Below are positions 1 through 11,900 of a DNA stretch of 64,000 nt, piece by piece. Position numbers and translations under genes: made by a program. The notes under the pieces are model-generated. The model made no database searches. It had not been told where the DNA came from and saw nothing but the letters and a program-made list of their open reading frames with translations. The number at the start of each line of letters is the position of its first letter. Positions within the stretch are counted from its first letter, which is position 1. Source of the DNA: Candidatus Omnitrophota bacterium (GTDB lineage: Bacteria; Omnitrophota; Omnitrophia; Omnitrophales; Aquincolibacteriaceae); the NCBI GenBank assembly GCA_043732705.1, contig JAYTHE010000043.1, positions 9,067-73,066 of the forward strand, given 5' to 3'.

Positions 1-591
1 ATTGTTTTCATGGGTATGGGCGAACCGCTTGATAATTTTGAAGCAACGATGAAGGCGATTGAAATTTTGACCGCAGAATGGGGCTTTGAACTGGGCGGCC
101 GGCGTGTGACGGTTTCAACGTCAGGCATTACTCCCAAAATTATTGAATTTGTCGAGCGCGTTGACGGCCGCGTACGGCTTTCGGTTTCCCTGCATTCTTC
201 CAAACCCGAGGTGCGTGATGTGCTGGTGCCGATTAATAAGCGTTACACCATTGATAATCTCGTTGCGACATTGACCGAAGTCCACCGCAAGCTCAAACGC
301 GAAATTACTTTCGAATATACTTTGATCGAAAACATCAATGACACTGAAGAAGAAGCTCGGGGAGTGGCGAAGATTGCCGCGCCGCTTAACGCAAAAGTAA
401 ATTTAATTCCCTATAATCCGATTCGTGAAATGGCGGCAGTTTACAGAACGCCTTCGAAAGACCGCATCGAAAAATTTCAAAAAATCCTTGTCGCGAAAGG
501 GCTACGAGTTACTCTTAGGCAAACGGCTGGCAGGGAAATAGACGCCGCCTGCGGACAGCTCAGATTGGACCGCGAGCAGGCCAAAGGTTAA
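1..591 (+). CDS. rlmN: Dual-specificity RNA methyltransferase RlmN (5'-truncated by window edge)
   Basis: IVFMGMGEPLDN, VSTSG, SLH, EYTLI, VNLIPYN and IDAACGQL motifs; frame is open from position 1. Confidence 0.95.
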   Translation: MVFMGMGEPLDNFEATMKAIEILTAEWGFELGGRRVTVSTSGITPKIIEFVERVDGRVRLSVSLHSSKPEVRDVLVPINKRYTIDNLVATLTEVHRKLKREITFEYTLIENINDTEEEARGVAKIAAPLNAKVNLIPYNPIREMAAVYRTPSKDRIEKFQKILVAKGLRVTLRQTAGREIDAACGQLRLDREQAKG

Positions 592-669
592 AGCTTAAAG
601 GGCAAAACTACGGCTCAAAGCCCAAAGCTGTTCGAACAGTTTTGAACTTTAAGTTTTCAGCTATAGAGC
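590..669. repeat. Heptamer-built imperfect palindrome (family H, copy 1)
   Basis: Core AAAACTACGGCTCAAAGCCCAAAGCTGTTCGAACAGTTTTGA recurs at 41711, 43511 and 53023. Confidence 0.8.
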
Positions 670-1086
670 TGTGCCGGGCTCTTTTTTTCCATGCAAGGTA
701 AGTAAGCTTGACCCCAGCATCCTGCACAAGCTGTGATTTTCCGCCAAGAGTTTTTCAACAGATTGAGAGTCGGCTTTTTTGGAGTCACGCAACAGACAAA
801 GCCAATACTCGCTTTCATTTGCAGACTTCAAAGCGTAAGTAAAAAAGTTAGCAAAATCCTTCCGTGACCCGCTGCCTTTAGCCTCGATTATATTTGCCCC
901 AATGGAAGTGGCAGAGCGTAGTAATTGTTTTGTAATGATTTGAGACAAGAAATCCTTTTGAAGGGCTTCTAAAAAACGGATAATTTGAATCGAAAAAGAA
1001 TAGCTCTTTTCTTGCATTAAGGTTTTGGGTCTTGGGCTGTAGTTTTGAGCTTGAAGATTTAAGTTTTGGGTTCTTTGAATGTCCAT
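661..1086 (-). CDS. Four-helix-bundle protein (TIGR02436 / 23S rRNA IVP / bAvd-like family); true start may be ATG at 1017
   Basis: QLLRSATSIGANIIEAKGSGSRKDFANFFTYALKSANESEYWL is the family signature. Confidence 0.9.
   Translation of the reverse strand: MDIQRTQNLNLQAQNYSPRPKTLMQEKSYSFSIQIIRFLEALQKDFLSQIITKQLLRSATSIGANIIEAKGSGSRKDFANFFTYALKSANESEYWLCLLRDSKKADSQSVEKLLAENHSLCRMLGSSLLTLHGKKEPGTAL
1021..1072. repeat. Right-arm-like heptamer tract of family H, upstream of the four-helix gene
   Basis: TTTTGGGTCTTGGGCTGTAGTTTTGAGCTT resembles the right arms at 43571-43619 and 53086-53136. Confidence 0.6.
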
Positions 1087-2672
1087 AGATCCTCCAATTC
1101 TGGATTTTGCTTATAAATCGTTTCCAATCTTTCGGATAAATATCCGTCCGTTAAGGCGTCCAAAAGCGAAGTCAGCTCTTCAAGTCGCAGCAGCCGGTCA
1201 GCATGGATTTTTTGATCGGCCGCGGGGTTCTGAACCGTTTCGACCTGTAAACGCCGCCGCTCATAATAAAGCCGTGTGGCTTCAGCTAGCAGGTCATTTC
1301 TTAAATCCACCATGAGTTTGGCACGCGAATCAATCGAGGTTTGGCTCGTGTTGAAAAGAAAATTTCCGAGATCCCAGGAAACATCTGCGCTTGCCGTGCG
1401 GTGCTTGTCGGCCGGGCCCTCGATAAAAACATCTTTATCGGCTGTGCCGGCGCGATCCAAATCAATATTATTGGCGCGGTATAAATCTTTGCCGAAAGAA
1501 AGATTGGGCAGCAAAGCAGCCAAGCGTGATTCCGCGTGCCAGCGTTTTATTTTTGCATTACTCGTATCCGAATATTGAATGACCTGCTTGTGAATTTTTC
1601 GCACCGATGGTTCAAGGTAAATAAGCTTGTTAAAAAGGACCGCACATTCAGGTGAAATAGATTTTTTCAAAGCGGACGCTTTCCATTGCCAAAGGCCTTC
1701 CGAATTGGCGGCAAGCAAGCTTTCAGAATTTGGCAAAAGCAACAGAGCGGAAACATCCAGCTTGGCAAGCCCGTCATTTTGAAATTTCCAGCGCTGATTG
1801 ATTTCTTGCCAAATAAAAACGCCTTGCTTAGTAACCGCGTAAAGCGTGGAGCTTTTTTCATCCCAGAGAATTCTTGAAACGGCGGTGTTGCGTAATCCCG
1901 AATTCGAAAGCTGTGTCCAGGTCATGCCGTCCGCGCTTTTAAAGACGCCTTGCAGGGATGCAAGGTAATAATTTTTATCCGTTTTTAGATAATCGAAAAA
2001 AGACGCCAGCGGCAAAATCTTCTCGACCGCTTGTTCGGAATCAGACCAGGAGGTTGTCTCCGTCTGATCTTCGAAAGCAAACAAACGCAAGAGAGTTTGA
2101 GGGCTATTTTCTTTTGCCTTAAACCATGTGCCGTCCGCAGAAAAGAAAAAGTCAGAATTTGATTTTGCAATTAATCCTACAGGCTGGTGATCCGCCAGTG
2201 CGGAGATTTTTTGCCAGCTTTTTCCAGCGTCCTTTGAAGACCATAAGCCCGAAGCTGTGCCGGTCCAGAAACTTTCAGAGTCCATAAAAAATGAAAGCGG
2301 TTGTTTTTCGGGATCATTGGATTCATAAACTTTTTCCGCGGTGTGTGATTCAGAGTCCAGTTTAAAAATATTCCGGCGTGTTTGAATCCACAAAGAAGAG
2401 GAGTCTGGAAATATTCGGAGCCGTACAATGGAGTCAGCAGACGAAGGCAGATTGAATACGGGCTGCCAAATATTTTTTTCATTTTGAAAAACCTGATGCG
2501 ACGTCGCCGCGTAAAAACAATCGGCCTTTTCGGCGCAAAGCGCCAAATCGACCGGTGTTTCTGCTGCAGGCGGCTGACTTATTTTTTCCCAATTAGCGTG
2601 CGCCGTAGCGGAAAAAAGACTCAGCCAGCTTGTTGCAAATAATCCGAAAATAAACCCCTTGAATAATTTCAT
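1059..2672 (-). CDS. Exported beta-propeller (BNR/Asp-box repeat) protein with a helical, TolC-like C-terminal region
   Basis: Signal peptide (ATAHA); Asp-box motifs SKDAGKSWQ and SADGMTWT; C-terminal AALLPNLSFG...VSWDLG...EATRLYYERRRLQ...LDALT pattern. Confidence 0.65.
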   Translation of the reverse strand: MKLFKGFIFGLFATSWLSLFSATAHANWEKISQPPAAETPVDLALCAEKADCFYAATSHQVFQNEKNIWQPVFNLPSSADSIVRLRIFPDSSSLWIQTRRNIFKLDSESHTAEKVYESNDPEKQPLSFFMDSESFWTGTASGLWSSKDAGKSWQKISALADHQPVGLIAKSNSDFFFSADGTWFKAKENSPQTLLRLFAFEDQTETTSWSDSEQAVEKILPLASFFDYLKTDKNYYLASLQGVFKSADGMTWTQLSNSGLRNTAVSRILWDEKSSTLYAVTKQGVFIWQEINQRWKFQNDGLAKLDVSALLLLPNSESLLAANSEGLWQWKASALKKSISPECAVLFNKLIYLEPSVRKIHKQVIQYSDTSNAKIKRWHAESRLAALLPNLSFGKDLYRANNIDLDRAGTADKDVFIEGPADKHRTASADVSWDLGNFLFNTSQTSIDSRAKLMVDLRNDLLAEATRLYYERRRLQVETVQNPAADQKIHADRLLRLEELTSLLDALTDGYLSERLETIYKQNPELEDLWTFKEPKT

Positions 2673-2962
2673 ACTGTCCTCGGCATTATTTTTCTTACCC
2701 TGCTTGATTCCTGGTGTTAGAAGAGACTCCCATCACCAAAAGATGTTGTTATCTGTTACGCCAAGCAAATTGCTTCGTATGCATAGAATATATGCATAAT
2801 ATTTATATTCGTCAATCAAAATATGCTTAATAATCAATTTTTTGATAAAATTAGGCTGTTTTGTTGAAGTTTTCTAATGTGCAGGGCATCTTTTATCTAA
2901 TACCCAAAAGGGTAATAATTTTTTTGTAACCGCTGGCTTCATCAAGAGTTGAATTCGATTTT

Positions 2963-5900
2963 GTGAAAAATAAATTGTTACTACATAAATATGTGGCTGC
3001 GCTTCTCATCGTGTGTCTACTTGTGCAAGACGCTGCATTTGCACATGGCGGGCCACGAACTACGAGTCACGAGCCACGAAAAAAAACGTGGTCCGTGGAA
3101 CGTGGAGCGAATTTATTTAATATTTCATCTCAGCTTGGATCTATCGAGGAATCTTTCGAAGGCACCAACGGCAAAAAAATTATTTTCATTCAAGATGCGC
3201 ATGACTCGCTTGAGGCGCAGGAAAATATCACAAGGCTCGTCACGCGTTTTGTTAAGCAAGGCGTGCAAACAGTTTTTGAAGAAGGCTATGCGGGACCGGT
3301 TCCTACCGACGCTTATTTTGGCGATATCAAAGACTCAAAGATTAAACACAAGGTAAGTTTTTACTATCTGGATCACTTAAAGCTTGGCGGAGCTGAATAC
3401 GCGCATATTAACCGGCGAAGCCGGTTGGCCGGAGACCCGAGGCCCGAGGCCCGAGAGCATAAAGCAGCGAATGCTGACTGGCAGTTAATTGGAGCGGATG
3501 ATTTGCCGGCCTATCTTGAAAATGTGCGGGCTTTCGCGGATTCGGAGAAAACACGCGAAGAAATCGAAGAAAATCTGCGGGCAATATTCCGAGAGCTTGC
3601 AAATATAGCCAAAGCGAAGTTTTCAAGATCCGCACAAAGCTGGATCCGCGACCGGCTGCGTTATGAAAACAACCGTCTGACGGTTTCGGATTATATCCAG
3701 CGAACATTGGCGCCTTTTGATTTGAATGATCAGCGCAAATGGCCGCTGCTTTTTGCCGTTCAAGCAACAAGCGCTCAAAAGGAAAATGCCGAGGCGCTTT
3801 TAAGGGGTGCGAACCCGCGTGAAATTTTAAACGAGCTCGCCGCGGCGGAAACGAAGCTGGAAGCGCGCTATTTTCAAAGCGCGGAAGAAATACAGCTATG
3901 GCATTTTTTGCGGGCAGCACGAAGGCTGGCCAAGCTTTCGGAGTTACGGCTCAATCCTTCAGACCTGAATCAGCTTAAAACTGAGATGTCCGCCCTTGAT
4001 ACGGAAAAGCTCGCCGCATGGATCGCGAAAGAAAAAAGCTCGCCCGTTGTGCTTTCCAAAAAATGGGAAAGCCAAATTAAATCCGCACTGCGTTTTTATG
4101 AGCTTGCCGCGATTCGCGAGCAAGCCGTTGAGAAAACTTTGTTAGACTGGAGACGAGAGACCGGAGACAAAAGACCAACATCCGAGATGGGAGCGGGGTC
4201 TGTCCCAAGCGAAGCGCGTGGACTGACCCCTATGGTTTCTAGTCACGACCAAAACGGAACGGCCGTTTTGGTATTCGGCGGATTTCACAAAGAGGGAATT
4301 ACCGGCATGCTTCGCAAATATGGATTTTCGTATTGCGTTATCACGCCAAAGATCTCAGAGCCTTCGCTGAAACATCAAAAGCTTTATCGTGAGGCGATGC
4401 TTTCTAAGGGCCTTCGGCCTTCGGCCGCCGGGCTTGCGGCGCATGCCGCGCGCGCTCCCGATCTCTTTTTAACCATTCCGCTGTCCGCTGCCCGCACCGA
4501 AATCCGCGGACTTGCCGAATTTGCTACGCGCTCCGAAATTCGCGCGCTATCTCTCCCCGAATTTTCCTTTCAGGCCGAAAAGCGGCTTGAAGAAATTAAG
4601 CGCTCCGAAGCACGTGCAAGTGAAAAAATGGAAGATTGGATTCATAGCATTGAAAACGAATTGCGCAAGCCGAAGCCCGATTCAGCCGCGCTCGAGAAAA
4701 TAGAGGCGGCGGCGCATGCATGGGTTTTGCAGCTTAAAGGTTTAGACGGAGCAGATGAGCTGTTAAGTGACGAATATTTTGGAGCTGATTATAGAAAAGT
4801 TTCCACCGAAGAGCGCCAATGGATGCGTGTATTTTTAGCGGCGGCGGTGGTTATTTTGGCAATGGATGATCCCGATTTGAAGCAATTGCGGAAGCTGGAT
4901 GATTTAATTGGGCAATTTAATCAAAAATATAATCAAAGCAACTGGGGCTGGGCGCTGGTGCTTTTTATGAAGCTGGCGCTGAACCGGTTTGTGGTGGAAG
5001 GGCCCAAGCTTCGCACTTTGCTTAAATTGTACGGACGCGGCACGCGTCTTCCCGGTGAGTACAAATATAAAATGGCGGCCTTCACTTTACTTTTACTTGG
5101 CATGCATCTCGGGCATGACGCGGATCCGACCGACGGCCCCGATTTAAATCCGTCCAGTAGTTTAGGGCTTGCTGTTGAGACTTTAAAACATCCCGAAGTG
5201 TTAAATGAAATCCCCGAACCAATGCGCGAGGGAATTTTGGAAGCGTTGCGTGTTGGCTTGACGCATTACGTGGTTTCATCTTGGTTTTGGTGGAAAATAG
5301 GCGCACCCAAACTTAAAAAACAGCTTATTCAAAATCGTGATTTAATCCGAAGTGTGTTGGCTGAAATGAAAAGCCGTTCCGCGCAGCCGGCCGCGATTTT
5401 CGTTTTTGGACGGAAACGATGGATGAATAGGCGTTTTTTTGAAAGTGATTTAAGAAAACAACGGCCTGTCGCAGCATGGGATGAGATTTTGCTTCATCCG
5501 TTTAAGGCGGAGAATTGGAGCCCGTTTCTTCTTTTTGTTCAAGCAAGAACGTCATTTGGTTTACCTGCGCCGAACGAGACAAAGCAGCACGCAACGGACG
5601 CCGCTTATGCTCGAATTATGGATCAACTTGAGTCCTTATCAGATGAACCGGAACAACGCTCCGAAGCACGGGCACGTGAAAAACAGCCGTCGATTTTCTC
5701 AATTTTTCATCCTTGGCATGCGTGGTATTCGCTTGCATGGACAGTTGCCACAGGCAAGTGGATGTTTTATTTAGATGGTCTTCGAAAGGAGCTTGCGAAA
5801 AACAAATATGCCGCACCTGATTGGCTGGGATGGGTTCCAGACATTGCGATTACAGCTTTTGCGCTTAACTTTCTTGTTTTTTTTCTTACCGGGTTATTTG

Positions 5901-8900
5901 TTACAAAAGGAACAGAGCTTCGAAATGACCATCAGGAAAAAGTCGCGCTCTGTTTTGTGTTCGGAGCATTTATGTTCGTGGTTTTGGGAGAGTTTTTAAT
6001 TCCGCCGCCGTTAAATTATTTTGACTGGAAAGATATCGGCGCCTATTCAATTGGACTTGCTATGGCGATTACTGTTCGAGACATTGGACTGGCAAGGCTT
6101 GCGAAGAAGATCTTTTTTAAAGAAACAAAAAGTACGCGCTCCGAAATGCGGGAAGAAAAAAATGACCCACTACGAGCTGGGGAAGTTCTCCAGAAAATAT
6201 TTCGTGAAGGGACATGGCAGCCTCAAGAACTCGGAATGCTTTTCCCTGATCTCGATGATTCAGAAAAATTTCGTTTGCCCGCATTTATTTTTGAGGCGCA
6301 ACTATTCATCAAAACTCAAAACGCAAATCTCTGGGAATATCTTTCGCGTTTGCTCGTGGTTTACGTTGGTCCGGCTGGCCCCTGGCTTTATCTTTACGAC
6401 GCTGCAACCCTTTCGGTGGACCTTTTTATAATGAGCGGTGTTTTTCTCGTACTTGCCTGGAGAAGCTTCAGTCAAATCGCTTCGCTTGCGCAAACGCGCA
6501 TTCTTTTCCTCAAAGCGTTCAAGAGCGCGCATGACGCCATTATAAAAGAGCGGCAAGTCACAGCTGATTTAACTGATACAGGGGATTCGAGCGGACGCTC
6601 AGAGTTTCGGATGCCGCAGGAGCAAGGCCTTGCGAATTTAACGTTGGCGATTAATGTCATGGATTTGGGCGCGGAGATTCAGCCGGACGGGAAAATAATT
6701 TATAAAAACAGTTTTGAAAAACTGAAACAGCTGCTGCCAGTTTTGCAAGGCATGGGTATTCGAAAAATTTATCTCTATGGGCTGGCGGAAGTAAGTGAAA
6801 TTTCAAAAAAGATTCATACGGTTCCGGACGAAGGCTTGCATTTTATTTCGGGCGGTAAAGCAACTGTGATGGTTGAGACTTACACTGTGCGTCGCGAAGA
6901 AGCCGGAGAAAATGAAAAAATAAAATTAGATGATGCGCACGGCAATATTTTTTCAATTGCCGACTTGCGGAAAATAAACCCACAGTACGCGAGTAGTCCC
7001 AGTCGCGCTGAAAAAGAATTTAAAAGCCTAACAAGACTCGCGCATTCGTTGGATATCAAAATAACCGCGGATTTTATTTCTTGGCTTGCGCCCGATGCGA
7101 TCAATGAAAAGAATTATCGCCAAACATTTTATTACGAACTCTCCGAGGTGAAAAACCAGGAATTCCGTGATCAGCCGGATGAGGCAAAAAAACAAGCGTG
7201 GATTAATCAAGAGCTAGGAAGAAAAGAAGACGGCAAATTGGTTCACGGATCTTTTTTTGCGCTCCGCATTACAGAAAACGGGGCTGAGCGTGTGATCATG
7301 GTTAAACATTTGACTCCGTGGGGGGCAAATGCCGATCAAGTCATCCCTAATCCTTTTCACCCCGATTTAAAGACTTATTACAAAAATGCGCTCGAGAGAT
7401 TAATTGACCGCGGAGTGGATGAAGTGCGCGTGGATATCGGCCATATGCTGCTCAAACAAAATATGCGTGGATATTTCGAAGAATTGCGCTCCAAAGGCAT
7501 GAATCTTGAAGATTGGCTGAAGGCGAACAGCTTCGGCCTTCGCAAAAATGAAAAATTTGAAAGCTGGTTTGACCGGCAAGGCGATATGTGGCATGAGGTG
7601 GTTGATCATGCCAAGACTTATGCTATTGGTCATGGAAAGCGCATTCGTTTTACGATGGAAACGTATAGTCCGGGAGAGAAGCAAACACTTTTTGCGCAAG
7701 GTGTTAATGCAAGCTACAACAAATCCATTTTAGATACGTACGGAGAAATTGCGAAGGGGGATTTGCGCGCGTACAAGTTTGATGATCCCGTGAAACATGT
7801 TTTTCACGATCGCCCTTGGGCTCTTTCTTTTTTAACCAACTTTGACCAGCTCTCGTTGGCCAAGTTTGGCGGCCCATCCCAAGCCGGATTTATGTTGCTT
7901 GTTGCTCTTTCCCATTTGGGCGTTCCGTCTATGATCGACTTGCGGGATCTGATGCTGCATCACGGCCAAATCGCTAAAATTGTAGGGGGAACCTGGGACG
8001 CGAATGACTCGCATCATCATGCTTTTGCCGGCGAAAGCGATTTTAAAATGTATGGCGGCACTGAGGCTTTAATCTCCGAGGTTGGAAATGCCGCTCTCGG
8101 AAAAGTTCTCAAAGATTTCCAAAACATTCACCCCGGAAAAAAAGAACGCTATTTTGATATTTTGAACAATGAAAAACGCGAACGTTATTTTAGCTTGGGC
8201 TGGCTGAATGAAGATGGCGATTGGGTCATTGTCTTGTTGGATTTTTGGGCGCATGACGACAGATTGGGAGAAAAGAAAGAATTCGTCAAAGTAGGAATGC
8301 CCCCGAGCACTCCGGAAACCCATTTTAAATATCAAGATTATGATGCGGTTGATTCGGAAGGGAGAAGTCTCGCGTGGGGGCGATGGTTGGGAGAAGGCGG
8401 CGATCCGGAAGTCGTTTCCGTTCATTTTGACGAAGCCGAAAAAATGGCGCCTTATAAAATTATTAAGCTTAAACGAAAAAAAGAAGCGCCGCATTTGCCT
8501 GCGCCCGCAGCGGTTGAATTAACCCGCGAAACCATGCTTAGGCATCCTTTTCCGGAAGCGCGTTTGCGCGAGTTGGAAAAAATTCTCAGCGAGTCGGCTT
8601 ACGCGGACTTGCGCGAAGATGCGATTTTCTTCGCGCTGATGGATGAAGATTTTTTTGTGCGCGCCTATGCCGCGAATATTCTTGCGGACAAGGTAACAAA
8701 TTATAAATATGAATCGCAGCCCGAAGCCTGGATCAAACATTTTATAAATCCGCTTATGTCACTTGACGCGTTAAATGAAAAACGCATTCCCGGTCTGCTT
8801 CATTTTGACCCGCGCCGCGCCGCGCGCAATAAGCGCAATGCGCTGCTCTATGCTTTTGCCCGGCTGAGAGAAAAAAATGGAAGTGACCGGCCGGTATATC

Positions 8901-11900
8901 GCCGTACAGTTACCGCGCTTTTTCAAAACACACTCGAAACGCAGGCGCGCGAGTGGCAGTCGGAAAATGAATCCAAGGTTACCAAAATCTTAGCGGAGGA
9001 AGGCCTTAAAATGGGGGTTGGAACGGCTGAGCCGCTTAATTTAGCGGAATTGCTGCGCCTTATTTATCTGCGGCATTTACAAAAACTCAAAGTTTTGGAA
9101 AAAAATGAGAAGGACAAATTTCATTGGGTGACTACCGCTTTACAGAAAATGGTTCCCCCCAAGTCCGCGGCGGGCAAAGTTATTTTTTCTCCCGCCCGCT
9201 CCGAAATGCGCACGTTGCGCGAACAAATTTTAGAAAATGATTTTCTGAGAGAAAAATTTACCGATGAGCAGCTTGTTCTTTCTAAGCCTTTGTCTGATCA
9301 TAAAAATCATGGGCAAATTTATCCGGGAAGAAAACAAGCTGATGGAAGCCAGTTATTTATTAAAATTAACCCGCATGCGCCAGGCGATGACCAATATGAC
9401 AGTGCCAATAAGCATCTTTTGAGAGAAGCCAAGACGCTTGTTGAGTTAAACCAAAAAGGAGTCGCAGGAATTCCTAAGCTGATCCAAATCGGCATAACGG
9501 CAGGCGGACAGATTTGGCTTCGCATGGCAGGCATTCCTGATGCCCAGATGTTTATTACTGACGCCTGGGACAGTCTCGACATAGAAGACCAACTTGAACT
9601 TTTAGCACAAATGGCAGATATCATTGCAAGTGTCCACGTGCAAGGATTTTTGCATATGGATTTGAAGCCCAAAAACTTTCTATTTGCTCGGGGAAGCACC
9701 GGCAAACCACAGGCAATGTTGATTGATTTTGGATCAGCCGCAAAATTAGGTGAATATATTCGCCATCACGGGTCGGAGCTATTTGCTCCGCCCGAAATCA
9801 ATGAGTTTACGCCCGCCAAAACCCCTTTTGATGTTTTTAGTTTTGGAAGAACGTTAGAGTCTGTTTTTGGAATTTTTGCAAAACAGCACCTAACGGAATA
9901 TTTTAAAAAGAACGCGACAGAAAAAAATTTTTCTTACTTAGAAAAGTATGGGCTAGGTCTTTTAATTGAAGGCATGGTTTTAAAAGAGCCGAGCAAGCGC
10001 CTGCCAAAAACTTTTTTCGAAGTCGCGTTGATTTTGCGTGATATTCGCGGGCGTCTTTTGAATGAAAAGCCTTTGCCTTTCTGGTTTCGTAAAAAAATCG
10101 AAATCGATCAATGGCTAAAAGGTAAAGGGTATCGCGATTTTGACCGTGTCATTGCGTATCCGTTTGCGATTTCGCGCTCTGAAATGCGAACGCAAAATAA
10201 AAAAGACGAAGCCGTGCGACGCAGTGCGATATTGCGTGCGTTTAAAGAAGGTAAAATGGACGGCAGACAATGGCCTTCCGAAGCGCGATTAATTCTGGAT
10301 CTTTTTTTGCGAGGACGTTTTTCCGGGCGCGTCGCCAAAGAAATATTGGAAAAATTTTCGACTCGGACTCCGCGTCCCGAAGGCTTAACAACGCTTTTGC
10401 TTTCCGCCCAAGTTGCGTTAGAAAAAAATTTAGATGCAAAGTGGATTCCGGTGCTCGTGGCGATAAATCATTTTCCACGCAGCGGGAAAGACGTCCGGGC
10501 GCGGATAAAAGAGTACGAAAAAAATATTTATCCGAAAGCGGCACCTAAAAAGCTCAAAGAAGCCGCGGAAACGGTTTATGACCGGAGCCGGGCTCCAGAA
10601 TCAATTGCTGAAAAGGGCTTGATCGCCGGATTGAGCCATTCCACGGAAGGCTTGCATGCTGTTTTGGCGTTCGATGAAACAATGCGGCAACTCAGCGGGG
10701 AACCCAGACCGGCGATGGTAGATGTTCTCTTGGGCCTCGACCAACTAAAAAGCCGTCGGGGCGGATTGAGCGAAGAAGTCAAATTCCTTTCCGGCTGGCT
10801 GCTATTACCAAAAAATGAAATGCGGCAGCGGCTTGTACTTTGGAAAACGGCCGAGATGATGGAGGTCACAGGGCTTGAATATTTGTTGATCGATGATTTT
10901 TTACGGCGCGGCGCGAAGTCACAGCAAATCAAAGCTTATGTCTATTTATTCCAGGCGGTGACACCGGCAGCGGATGAAAGCCAAGCGCATGCGTATCGTG
11001 CGTGGATTACGGGCGTTTTGCATGAGGTTTCCACCGTCTACCATGATCGTTTCGCCAAACATTTTAAATTTAGAGAAACTACGGCAGCAACCTGGCCGGA
11101 AGCCGCGCGGAAAAAAATGCAGCGCGCCGCCGCTTATCTTTGGAATGAAATTGAAAGCCTGCCGCCGCTGCCGCCCAATGGGGAGTATCGACAGCAAATT
11201 GAGGATTTAAAACAGCTTTTAATTCTTGCGGCCAATCTGGGAGCCTCAAGCTATGTTTGGAGGATGATCGACGCGCTTTCGCCTTGGAAGCACTTTTCGG
11301 TTTTATCTGCTTTTGCCTATATGTTTGATGATGATGGTCTTCTGGATAAGGCTACCGCAAGGAAAGCAGTGCATGATTTTTTTGATGGATATGGCAAGCG
11401 CCGCGCTGAACAAGCGGATGCGTTTTTGGACCGCGTTAAAAAGTTAGATGTTTTGCAGGGCGGGTCGGTAAAAAGCATCGCGAACTATTTTAAGAAAAAC
11501 GATTCGCCTTTATTGGATGAAGGCGAAACGCGGCGCTGGCTGGAACTTATCAAGTTATTGTACGAAGGAGAAGGAAGTCTGTCGAAACAAAAAACTCCCG
11601 CGCGGTGGAAAGCAAAAGCGACAAAATTCACGCATGAAGTTACTCAAAAATTTAAAATAGATATGGCCCCCTATTATTCCGGACTGAGCGGTGTGATTAA
11701 ATACACCATTTATGAAGATGGAGAGCGCTTGGCGCTTACGATTAAAATAAAATTGCCGAACCATCCGGGACGCCCGCTCGTCCTGTTAATGGCTGCTAAC
11801 ACCGAAGTCATGTTTAATGAATGGTCCTTGCTGGCCGCGCTTTATCTTGATTTACAGAATAACCGGCGGCCGGACGCATTTGACGGCGATGATGGCGATT

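Noticed and set aside
661-1086. Diversity-generating retroelement or 23S rRNA intervening sequence, suggested by the Avd/IVP-like protein
   Set aside because: No reverse transcriptase, template/variable repeat pair or rRNA sequence in the window
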